Assembly (NCBI GenBank): GCA_050084985.1
Contig: JBITNC010000001.1
Location: forward strand, 118,420,001 to 118,484,000
Direction: 5' to 3'
Length of the DNA: 64,000 nt
Source of the DNA: Nageia nagi
Lineage: Eukaryota > Plantae > Pinophyta
A program made the position numbers and the translations under genes. Position 1 is the stretch's first letter. Each line of letters starts with the position of its first letter. The notes beneath the pieces were generated by a model. The model saw nothing but the letters and a program-made list of their open reading frames with translations. It ran no database searches and had not been told where the DNA came from. Positions 14,965 to 27,221 of the stretch are shown one piece after another.

Positions 14965-15760
14965 GGTTAAGATCGTCATAGTGATGCTCATGAGACATCT
15001 CATACAACTATGTAAGCTTAAGGTCATCTTTGCCGATGATTCGAATGTCAGAGAAGGTTATCCAACAAAGAGATCGCCCCCAAGTCTTGTTAGATGTGTC
15101 ACATTGGTGATGATGGGTCCATATATTTTACGGTAGTATAGTTAAGGAGAAATGCGATTCTCTTTATATATTTTTATATATATATATTTTAAAATAAAAG
15201 TAATTCATTGTCAACTTATTTTATGATCAATGCTATGTGCATTGGTAAAAATGTGGAATTACAAACCCAGCAACTCGGTTTCAAACCTCAACAACGCATT
15301 TTTGGAAAATCTATACTTAGAATTTTTTTTCATCAAATTTTTTTATTCTTCCTAGAAAATTTTTTCATCTGACACGTATACATATCTGACAGTACTTGAG
15401 GGATGATCCGTTTGCTGGATAGCCTTTACCTCCGGATGTGGACAATCTACCGGAACTCCGATTCATGAAGTAAACCACCACTGGTTAGAGGTGTTTTGGT
15501 CCTTTATGAGCTAAACAACCAGACACTGAATGGGTCACGGCTCATCCGACATCTCTTTTCTGCAAGTCATCGAGAATTAGAAATGGTCTGATTTGTGAAA
15601 CTCCCAAAGGACACGAACCAAGCCGTAACAAAAGAGGACAATGGAATGCGCACGCAAATTTATATAAAAATTCTACTGGAAGTACGATCCAACACGGCAT
15701 ATAAACCGTGTCCTCTGTGGGTAACTCTTCCAAAACGGGACACTGTAACAAAATTTTTTA
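14965..15760 (-). pseudogene. NLR/LRR-derived mosaic segment A (diverged family member)
   Basis: Minus strand gives CPVLEELP (LRR, ~15718-15742), PFLILDDL (kinase-2-like, ~15563-15586) and TLSLHSC (LRR, ~15005-15025). 14975-15025 is clearly homologous to 57292-57345. Confidence 0.55.
15055..15425. mobile_element. MITE-like / foldback element with ~50-bp imperfect terminal inverted repeats
   Basis: aaggttatccaacaaagagatcgcccccaagtcttgttagatgtg vs reverse complement of catatctgacagtacttgagggatgatccgtttgctggatagcctt; AT-rich interior. Confidence 0.6.
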
Positions 15761-17826
15761 AGTCAGTTTTCATTTAAATTGTGTCAATTTACCAATTAAT
15801 AATTCTAGGTGTCTAGTTCTCCCTCGAAGTTCAGGAAATGAATTTAAAACTAATGGCACAAGGTCAATGTTTCTGCAATATAAGACAGCAGGAGGAGGAC
15901 CCGTAGCTCTGGTGCATGAGTAAGATTTTCTAACTGTCATTTTTTTTTTAAAAAGTTTTCTTTTCTTAAATGCCTGTTAATTTTCGTTTTATACAATTTA
16001 ATAGCCTTTTAATAAATTAGAATTCAATATAATGTTTCTAATTTTTCTCTACTAACTTTGGGAAGTTCTATTTTAATTTTCCTAAAGGCATGAGAGTATT
16101 TTTAGATATATTAGTCTTAAAGATTATTCAACTTTTGACTGTCAATGTTCTGTAATACTTTGAGGGTCAAGTCCCATCATCAGCATACATAAGCCGTAGC
16201 AGTTTTAAAAATATAACCATTCAAGTTTATGAAAGTGTGGAGCATCGGAACAAGGGAAAAAAAATCTAACAATATTCCTTAAGAATAATTATTATTCTAT
16301 CAAAACAAATATAAAGGGTTTTTCACAATGCAAGAGAATGTTAAATTTATGATTGAAATACTCTCTCAAATGCATTTTAATAAAATATTGCACTAGAATG
16401 AATGCAATGAGAAGAGGGTTTTTATTGATGGTATGAGATATTTCCCATCTCCCTAAAAGATAAGAGTGTTTTAGGTATATATGACATCAGAGCTAATGGA
16501 ATTGTTAGTAAGAATACAAAATGAGCATACATAGACAGCAATGCAATTCGACAAAATCTCCATCCTAGAATCCAAATGCTACCATGAGTAGATGAAGAAA
16601 GGCATATAAAAATTACTGCCATCTTATTACCTTTAAAAATCAAGGATAAAAAAAATCTCCATCATATCAAATTCATTTCCTACATTTTGCCTATACTATT
16701 TCTTAAATTTGTTTAGTGCATGAAGATCCTTTCTTCTAGTAATACATTCCAAAACTAGTCCCTAAAGTCATTAAGAACTATATGTATATGGATTATTTTA
16801 TTAAAACAACATTCCTCCTTTCCCTAGCTAAGCTCATAAGAAGCTGTGCTAAATCAAAATGAACATGATATTCCCATATGCATTAAAATTATAGGCCAAA
16901 CCTATATTGAACTCCATTATCATATAAAGCAAGCAATAAAGATGGTGCTCTCCATTTTTAAAGCCATAATTGCAATGGTAGTTCTAAGTCAAAATAACGA
17001 CCATAACCTTGTCAAACATAAAAGATTACAATTTACATTTATCATCCTTGGTTGCAAAAGAAGAAACATACTCTAAATATAATAGTAACATATAGTAAAT
17101 GCTTGATGTGAATCTTCATGAGGTCATCAAGACTTGAATTTTTCAATAAAAGATAAGTCTTACCTATGGGTTCATTAGCAATGGATTGAAAGTCTAGAAC
17201 TTTAGAAGGGTTTATTGCCATGTTGGTTTCCAAAAGTAGTGAGAAGGTGAAACCTCCTTGAATTTTTATGAGAGGTGGATCATGGAATGGTGAAACTCAA
17301 AAAGCCTTAAGAAAATAACCCTCCAATGTCCTGACTCCTGCTTCTTGTGTTTAGTTATCATGGATAGAGGACCTCTTTTTAGAGAATCAATTAGCCAGTT
17401 GCTAAAATGCAACTCCAACAAGCAAATTGATGTGAAATTAATGTGAATTCAATTGGATAAATTTTTATCACTAGATCACTGATGGTTGGAGAGAATTATG
17501 TGCGATATTCATAATATAATGAATTGGATTCAATGATGGATAGGTCAATTTTCACACACACAATAAAATATATTATATATATATATTTAATATATCTAAT
17601 TCATTATATAAATATTGACACAAAATATAGGTTGTAATTTTTAAAGGACATCAAAATGGCATTTTATAATTCAAAAAATTAATAAATCTACTATCAAAAG
17701 TATTTAAAAATTGAAAAATATTTAAATGCCTATCAAATTAATGGGCTTTTGTTGATGTTTAGTTTTTAAATATGGAAATTGCTTAATCACTAGTTTCAAG
17801 TCTTTTTGGAGTTATTGGAGGGAGAA

Positions 17827-20800
17827 ATGGCACCGATTGAAGAACCCCAAAAGTTCATCTTGAAAGGTCTTCACAATATCATACTTGATATTGATATTTC
17901 AGTTGATGACCTTAATCAGGTTTATGGTTGGTTAGAAAAGCACACCCTCATAGGGTATTTTATGGGTTGCATCCTTATAGATTAAATTATTCATAACTAG
18001 ATACAATAGTAATGGACATCATATGAAGTACAAATAGAGGGGATTCAAAATCTTAACAATGATTTTTTTATGTTTCATCTCTTGAATGGATCTCATGTTA
18101 AATATGATCTTGATCGTGACCCATGGTATTTGCAAAGCTTGCTCCTAATTTTTGAACCATGGATTCAAGATTTCTCTATTGAGGATGAGGCTCCACTCTA
18201 GGCCAATCCATGGGCTGGTCTATGGATTGGAACATGGGTTAGTCCATGGGCAGTGTCCCAATCTCAGTATGGGTTGGGCTTCCTAGCTCTGCTTCCTAGT
18301 CCCTTTATAGACCTTCCTTAATAATATTGTTTCTCCTATTAGCTCATTTGTCTATGTTGAATATCCATGAGTTTATAGTGTCAATCCTTATAAGAGAGTT
18401 TGTGTTAAAGTTTAACTTTCAAAAGAAATTCAAGACCATCTAGTGGTATAAATTAGACAATTCTCATATGCCAAATGTTAGTTTATATAAACCTACCCAA
18501 TACTTATTATTGTTTCCAATGAGTTGAACATAAAATCAATGATTATCCCCTTATTGAGGATATATTCAAAGAACACCCTTAGGCCCTTATTGTGGCCCTC
18601 GATCCAACTACTCAACCAATTTTGAAACAAGATAATGGTAACAACTCCAACACTTCTGGAGGATATTGGAGCATGGTAGGTAAGAAAACCACCATATTTG
18701 ATAAGATGCTAAATTAGTGGAGTCTAACTTGCCTCCCATAGAGAGTGCTTCAACTTATACTATATTCATCCCTCTCCTACTTCTTTTCTACCAATGATAA
18801 CTAAACTTTAGCTCCCAATCCCCCAAAATTAATCCCAATTATCCTCTCATAGAGTTAAAGTATAAAGAAGTACTAAAGTATCCGTATGAGAGAAGTGACC
18901 ATTCGGTATGTAACATTATTTCTAATCCCTACTCCTCGCTTTGGAAAATAAGTGATACTAAGGAATCTATGAGAAAGGATGGTGACATAGAAGAGTTTGA
19001 TGGTGATATGAGCCTCGACTCTATTAAACAATTTATATTTCCTTGAATGTTAGAGGACTAATAGACCTAATTTGTAGTGAGATAAAAAAACTCTCACATC
19101 AATATAGTAAACTAGATTTTCTATGTCTATAGGAAGTTAAAATTTCTTACTTCAATATGGAATGTGCTTGCTCCTTTCTTTGACCTTGAATATCATTTTA
19201 TGCTATTAATCATTCTCATGGAAAAGGTAGTGCTATCAAAAATTTTCCACCTAAATGGAATTCTCATTTTATCTTTTAGGGTGTGGATCCCTTAAAATAA
19301 GAAGCATGGATCCATTTTGATATTGGTAGTAAGCCTTTTAGAATCATTAATATTTATTCATCCAATCAGTTCTCTAATAGAAGTACCTTATGGTCGTATG
19401 TGACTTTATCGCTTCCTAATGTCATTTGAGTTTTTTATGATAAATTCAACATGATTGAAAAAGTAGAAGATAAAGTTGTTGATATACCCATGCACTTGTG
19501 TGCAAGTAAGAAGGAGGCTTGGCTTTTTTTGAAAAAAAAGCATAAGCTTATCAACCTCAATGCTTCTTATTATGTTAATAATTGTTAATAATTCATGTCG
19601 TCTAGTTTTAGGCTAAAGAAGCTAGAGTTATTTAATGTTTGGATAGAACCATGCTAATAAACCACTTAGGATTTTTCTTTTATAGGATTATCTACTATAG
19701 GATTTTTCTTTTATAGGATTATGTACTATGTAGCTCTAGCATTTGCATCTCCAAATAATACAATCTTAGACTATATGCCTATAATATTTAATGTTACACC
19801 TAGAAAGCAAATTCCTAAAGTATTTATTTCCTTATTTTTTTAATATCTTAGTTCTTCAACACTCAACTATTGTCACTCATATATGTTGAGTGTGGAATTC
19901 AGTTACTATATATGCTTAGGGATAGTGGGCTACTTTGGTTGGTGGAATGATGTAATTTTTAGAACCACCTTAGTTTTAAGAATTTTAGGGGTCTAAATTG
20001 ATACAATTTGAAGCAAAAAAGTTAAGATCTTTAATAATAACTTTCTCAATCTTTGATTTTTCTTGAAGCTAACTCAATATATGCACCTCTATAGTAGCAT
20101 GTAGCTATAGTTAGACATGAACTAAAAAAGATCAAGCTTTATGAGGTTAAAGGTTCTCAAATCTTACCCTAGTTTTATTGTCTTAGAGTTTATGATAAAG
20201 TTCCTAAATATTTCTTTTAACATCTCTTCTTCCTAGGCCAATGGTGTAATTCCAAGCCATTAGGGATGGGGTGTTAGAGCTTTTGAATGTTTCCACATTG
20301 CCAAAGTCTTTGTCAAGCATTAATAGTAGGTATTTGTAGCATAAGATATCAACTTAGATAGGAAGAATTTATCACTAGATGTTGTAGTGTTGTGCCAAAG
20401 AAGCTCTCCCTCTTAGTAGGAAATATGTGGTCACCCTCTCACTAATGAGGATCTTGAAGTTTCTCTTAATTATATGATTAATGTGAAAGATTCATACTTG
20501 GATAGATTTCCTTGTAAATTTTATAAAGAGATTTGAGATTTGGTTGATCCAGATCTACTCTTTATTTACTATGAAACTCTTGCTAAAGGCTCTCTAGGAT
20601 CCATTATCTACATAGAAAATATTAAGTTCATTTCCAAAGCTAGGGACCTTGAGCTTACAACTATTTGGAGAACCATTACCTTTTTTAATGTGATTTGTAA
20701 GGTCTTTACTAAAGTCCCTAGCTTTAAAGATTAGATCCATTATGCCCCAAATTGTTCATCCTAAAGAAATATGGTTCATTGAGAACTAATATATCCTTGA

Positions 20801-23645
20801 TAACATTATCGTAATTTGAGAGGGAATGCTATGAGTTCGAGATTCTTACCAAGATACTATTTTCATCAAAATTGACTTCAAAATAGCCTATGATAAAATT
20901 AAGGAGAACTTTATTCTAGCTATGATGAAAGCTCTTGACTTTGGTCCTATTCTTGTTGCCTTAGTTCATATTCATTTCAACCATGCTTCAATAATGCTTA
21001 CTTTAGATGGAATCTAAACTAACTAACTTATTATTTTAAGGTCTGTTAGATAGGATTTCCCCTTAGCCTCATCTGTTTATGTTTTAACAGTTGAATATTT
21101 TGGATATTTGCTAGCACATAAATCTTCTCAAGGGTTGGTTCATGAAATTTCTCTTGCACCCAACCAAGGTTAATTATCAATATTCATTTTACAGATGACT
21201 CTAAATGATGATAAATACTTAGTGTCTCAATCCTTTACTTGTCTTTATACTTTTTATAATGTTTTAAGATTAATTATTAAATGGAAAAAATCTTCCTATT
21301 ATAGATAATATCCATTTAACATCCCCAATTGGTTACTTTCCTATCTATTGCAATGGACAAAACAAAGTGATATGTTAAAATTTGTTAGTATCCCCATTTA
21401 TTTTCAAAGTATCCTTGCCCAATTTTGGGAGTATGTCATTTAGAGAGTGAAAATAAATCTTTCTTGATAGGTTCTAAAGAAGCTTTCTCTTGCAAGCAAG
21501 TTATAAATTTGTTTAAATATCCTACCTTCAACCCTTATCTATTACTGATCATGCTCGATCTCTTTCCAATATTGTTACAAAAATATTGAAAATCTTCTTA
21601 AGGACTTTCTATAGACCAATACAATGGAAAAGAAAGAATTTCATAGAGTTATGGGGCTTCTCAACTATCAATATCAAGGTTTAGTAGTTAGTACTAAGTT
21701 TATCATCAAATATTTAAGAGATGTAGGAGTCTTAGAAAATCCTTCTTTGGTATTATATTTCATAAGGAATTCCCAGTGGTAAAAAATATTAGAAAGGGAT
21801 AAGTTTTCCTTCCATCATAGTTTACCCAATTCCAATTAAAATTTCCAATTCTTTTGTCCTTAAGACATTTGGAAAGCCTAATAAGCCATTAAATCTTGGA
21901 TTCTTAGGAAACATCAAGGGCAATATAGAGGAGCTTATCTTAATATTTGGTGGTCCCAACTTATTAAATATTAGAATCTTCCTTTGGAAAACATTTAGTG
22001 GATTTATGCCAAAAGATTATTTAAGAAAAGATTTACTCTTTTAAGAATTTTATGACCATTCATCTAATGAATAGATTCCATACAATACCTTCAGATAAAT
22101 TTATGATATTTAGTATGAGGATAAATAAATGTATGGTACAATGATCAAAGTCACTCTTTTTTCCTTATGAACCAATCTTGATCATATAGCTCAACATCCA
22201 TTGTGGTTATAATGGAATTCATTTACCTTGTTTAATTATAAAGCCAACCATGGCTACTATTTTCTTTTTCCCAACTTACACATGGTTCCAAATATAAATG
22301 AAGGATGGTATCTTTTATCTTCTAAAGAAAGATGGTGTTCTTTATTCAAAGTGGTGTGGGCTAAGTACATAAAACACAAACAAATTTTTTTTATTTAGAG
22401 CCACATTTTTGGGTATCCTAGTTAGTCACAAACTTACATACTTAAGGGTGGGTAACCCATAGTTTCCCTTTTGTTAATCAAAAGAAATCATTATGCATCT
22501 CTTTTAGTTTTTTTCCAAGTTTCAAAAAGCCTAGAATTGGATGGATTCTTTTTTCAATCATATTGGAATCAATCTTTGAGTTGGATTCATAATCTTTTAG
22601 GATATCCTTTAGAATTTGATGAAAGTCTCAAAGAATTCTAAAATATATTTAGATTTAGAAATTTATTTCATTTATGAAAAACATGAAAGATTGTTGTATT
22701 TGCACAAAAGTTTCCATATGTTAATTTCTCTTTAGCTAAACTGCTCACCATTTTCTATGATATATGGTTTTAGATCAAAGACCAAATTGATAAAGTACAA
22801 TTGGACATTAATTTTTTGTAGGAGCTTATTAACCATTAGGGAAATCCCTCATTCTTTATGAGCCAAGTCTCTTAGAAACTTGAACTTCAGGAGTAGTCCC
22901 ATTGGAGGAAACATCATCATGCCCTCCACGAGGGTGGTATTGAATCCCATCTCAGTTCTACTATAATCATTAACTTGATAAATGGAAATCTTATATTTTT
23001 ACCTAGTCACTAATCTTATTTCTAGGAGGATCATTTGAGTCCTCCTTACTAACCTTCCAACTAGGGGGATTTCTTAGGTATGTCTCATAACATTGATGAA
23101 TGGGATTGTGGTATTGATGAAGATGATAGTGGATGGCAAGTTAGTGGGAGTGGCTACAATAATTAGATCATACCTACATTTAATGTAGAGGAAGAAGGTG
23201 CTGGTGATTAGAATTCAATATCCTAGGCCATTAATGGTGCTACTACATGAAGCTAGTTGGAACTTAATTGGTATGAGATTTATGATGCCCTTGATAAGAC
23301 TCACTAATTGATTATTCATATAAACATGTAGAAACATACTGAAGATATGATGGATCCTCCTACTAGTAATGAGGAGCATGCAATCCCTCCTTCTAGTTCT
23401 TTGCCCATATCTTGAAGTTTTATGGGTTAAATGCATTTATTTTTCCTTATTAGTTGTTGAGTATTAGTTTTGTTCTTTTTCCATATGTTAATGTGGTGTG
23501 TCTTTTGACTAAGCTCTCTATGAATACTTTGTAGTTTGATTGGCTAACTTGTTGGTATTTGGGGTGTAACATGTCCACCAATCCTCTTTTGTATGGTTAA
23601 ATTTTTTTATACTTATACAAAGCTTTATCATAAAAAAAACAAAAC
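17827..23645 (+). mobile_element. L1-type LINE, near full length, degenerate
   Basis: ORF1 DUF4283-like (LEKHTLIGYFMG..PWYLQSLLLIFEPW) plus zinc-knuckle remnant; ORF2 endonuclease (SLNVRGL, LDFLCL.EVK) and RT (WRTITFFNVICKVFTK, KIDFK.AYDKI, HFTDDS); ends tatcataaaaaaaacaaaa. Confidence 0.9.
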
Positions 23646-24229
23646 TAATAGTATAGTAAAAATAGAGCTGTGCGAAATACTTGATTTAATCTAATTGAAC
23701 ATAAATGAGTGATTAAATATGTTAATTAATTTCAAATGGATTTTAAAGTGGAAAGAATATGATAAAATATTATTCAATAGACATAGAAGATATTTTGTTG
23801 AATGATTTATGAGAGGAAATATAAATCTTAATATCTAGGGTAATCAACTTCAACAAAGATGATTTAAAAAAATAAAATAACTATCAAAATAGTTTTATTT
23901 TTTTTAAAATAAATTTGTAGATGTTAAATTAATTACCAAACTATTATGAATTTTTTTAAATAAAGTTTTTAAATATTGAAATATTGATAAATGATAGTAA
24001 AAGTATTTATATTCTAATAAAATATAATTGCATAATAATTGCTAACTTTTCTTCATATTTTTATTAAATCATTACCATAAGAAATCAAACAACTACAAGA
24101 GTTTCCTTTGAAATGTTTTAGGAAAGGCTAATATTATATTATCAATATTTTTTTAATAACTTGTATGAATTAGGATCAATATAAAACTTGTATGTTCTAC
24201 ATTATATCAACTTTCAAATTCCATGGAAT

Positions 24230-24445
24230 TGATAATAAGATCGTTGTTTATTGTATTTTGTCACAAATTTATGGTTTAATAAGAATAAAAAAATTTAAAC
24301 TATTTACTTTTCATGAACATTTCAATCCTCCATTTGTTATCATAATAATTAACTTACATTTGAATTCTTCATAGCTTAATTGACATTAAATCCTCTCATT
24401 TCAATGTATTAAATCCTCAACATCTCATAATATACACACCATAGA
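24230..24445. repeat. AT-rich flank duplicated at ~52960-53200 (segmental duplication marker for segments B and C)
   Basis: aagatcg.tgtttatt.tatttt...ttacatttgaat.cttca...attaaatcct...catttcaatgtat present at both places. Confidence 0.75.
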
Positions 24446-25351
24446 ATCAACCATGGAATTTTATAGTTCTTTGAATAGCTTTTATTTTTTTTAAAAAGTT
24501 TTGATGGTTATGTTATTTTCTTTAGTGGTTTGTAGTTGACTTGTATATGAATTTGAATTATTGACGTTTGAGTTCAATATGTGGAATCCATCTTCAAAAT
24601 TACTAAATGAAGAAAATAAAGTGTTACCTTCTGCTTTAGGTAGAGATAAGTAATTTTTGAAAATGCAAAACATAATAATTATACCCTTTAAATATTTTAA
24701 TTCTTAATTTTGATATTTTGAAAATTTTAAACCTCATTTTTATTTGAACTTGTCGAACATCAATATACCATGATACAATATATCTGCCTAAATTCTTAAT
24801 CCTCACCTATGTTCATTGGTTGGATGATCACAATTTGCTTGATCTAATTTCTATTGGAGAACTTGTTAATACCATGTACTATATATTTATCAAGGATTCG
24901 AGAGTCTAACACATGCAATTTGTAAATTTTATACCTTGAACTTTGCTTATTTTTTTAACTATTATTTTAGTTGTAACCAGTTCTTTATGGATTTTGCATT
25001 ACTTTTTGTGGAATGTATCCTTTATTAGGAGTTTTTTCAAGTCTTTACATTTTTTATTTTAATTACCTTAAGGTGAGGAGAAGAAGAAGGTTTTTTAGGT
25101 GCAACATTATGTTGGATAGATTGAGATTCAAAGAAAATGGCCATTTATAGAACATAAGAAAAGGATTTTAAAAACTGAAAGCCAACTTTAATTTTTTATT
25201 CTTATTAAATTTTTTTGTTTGGTTAGAAGTTCATCCTCAACATGCTTTTTCTATTTATATATTTCATTTCATGAGCAATTATTCAATTGTTAGGATGGTT
25301 ACATAGTATTTTTTTTTATATTTTCATCATTTAACTAAATTTATGGGATAT

Positions 25352-25603
25352 ACGAATAGTTGCGAGGGGAGTTGGTGAGAAAGTGGATTGTTAAAACTCT
25401 CAAGTGGAAAAAAAGAGGCCCCAGGTTCAAATCTCTCACCCTCAAATGCAAGTTATGGCAAGTGCGAATGAGATGGGGATCGTGACCCAATGGATTTTGA
25501 CATCATGTTAGCTTGAAGCCTAAGATAAATGTTTCCTTACATAGGGGGTCAAAAAGTTCTCCCTCATGGGATGGTTTATCAACAACAACAAAAAAAAAAA
25601 AAA
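25352..25603 (+). mobile_element. tRNA-derived SINE with poly(A) tail and TSD
   Basis: A-box-like tggtgagaaagtgg, B-box ggttcaaatc, tail (caa)3 then poly(A), TSD ttatgggatat at 25341-25351 and 25604-25614. Confidence 0.8.
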
Positions 25604-26189
25604 TTATGGGATATGGGAAAGAGTATATAGCTTGCTCCTTAGTTTTTGGAATGCTTTTTTTGAGAATTTCATGTCTGATTTTTCATGGCACCTGCAAACC
25701 TACTATGTTTAAAATTTTACAATATGAACAAGAATACCAATCATCATTCGGTTGTAAAGAAAAAATACTTTTATGTTTAGTTAATATGGTGTTTGGATGA
25801 TACATTCTAATAGTTTGCTCTATTTTTCACTGATTAATTATTTTATATGGGGTAATGCTTCCTAGGATGAAGAAAAAAAGATTTATCTAGCAACCTAGGT
25901 CATCTAAATTTTATGCTATCTCTCTAATAATGGATAGATATTATATATAACATGTAATCTCAAATGAAAATGTTTATCTTTGACCCATTTAAATTTAAAA
26001 TTTTGAAATCTTTATTTTTATTTAAATTATTTGCAAGTATTATTTTAATCACATGTTATTTTTATTTATTACTTATTAAATAATAATAATTTATTAAGTT
26101 ACACAAAAAAGTAAATTGCGTAAAAAATATAAAGTAAAATTAGAGTTTTTTGAAATTCCAAGCCATCCTAAAATCACTGAATCACTCTA

Positions 26190-27180
26190 GCTAAGCTTCT
26201 CATTTTATATCCACTGTCTTTGCTGGTCTCTGTTCCCAATTTCTAAAAAGTAATAATAAAATAAAGTGATCCACGGCCCCCACTCCCCGCTGTTTCGTAT
26301 TATGTGTTTGTAGAATGATTGATTGAAATCCACATCCCATATCAACCTATTAATTCTACGAATAAATTCAAGTTCAAAAGGTAATATACATTCCAAATCG
26401 AAGGTAATCCTTATTTTTAAACAAAGTTGTCTTGAGTGGCAATCTTACAAATATTACATGGAATACTAGTATCCATTAGCAATAGATTCCGGGCACTTGA
26501 TATCATTAGTGCTGCTGTTTAAGAAACATATTTGTAGATATATTCGAATCAAATAAAGATAGATTACTAAGTTTTTCAACAGATATACAACTTTGTACCA
26601 TTTGTATGTGTTAACAAATTGTGAAAACAACCTTTACTGTCAAAAGGATTATATAAATCCATATTTTGATGTTGCAAGTTGACTGAAGCATGTCCACTAA
26701 GAGGATGATGCATATCTCAAGGTTAATAAAGGTGTTCCAGGGTCTTACTAGCTTGAATTTGATCCATTCATGGGACCACCGCAATATATAGTCCAAGTTG
26801 CATCTTCTATCGCCATTTAACCACCGGGTTGGCCCAGTCCCCTCTTTTATTGCGGACAGCTCCAATTATGTGGGCCGCTTGAAAGTTAAAAAAGGAAACT
26901 AGATGAATTTTCTTGTCCTACATGTCAAAGCAACAGAGGACGAAACATTAATTTTCCACTAGCAGGTGCGCTGTGATGTTCAGTTTTGCTTATGCGGACA
27001 GCAGGCCTTTGACAGCAACAAGATGGACCTGAATAGGAACCATGTGAATAAACAATCATGGCCCATGGCCACTGCCCATATCAAAAACCAGGTGAGAACG
27101 GTCGATATACAACAAAGGTATCAAATACGAACAAGGTTTTTGGAAAACCCTGCCGACGATGACTCTTTCTCGGGTTGATA
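26190..27180 (-). ncRNA. NLR/LRR-derived mosaic segment B (putative lncRNA or pseudogene)
   Basis: Collinear homolog of 53210-54610 with a ~470-bp internal deletion; P-loop remnant QVHLVAVKGL.. at 26982-27030; ILPFELEFIRRINRLIWDVDFNQ is extracellular-LRR-like; transcribed strand not established. Confidence 0.45.
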
Positions 27181-27221
27181 TAGAAATATGATTGAACAAA
27201 TTTTAAGGGAAAGTTGAACTT

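Noticed and set aside
15548-15572. miR173/miR4376-like target (catctcttttctgcaag); a similar one at ~49070-49095
   Set aside because: Too many mismatches; the first is the antisense of the kinase-2-like LILDDL and the second encodes the PPR N-terminus
25365-25440. Possible tRNA gene (A and B boxes)
   Set aside because: No cloverleaf; poly(A) tail and TSD identify a SINE
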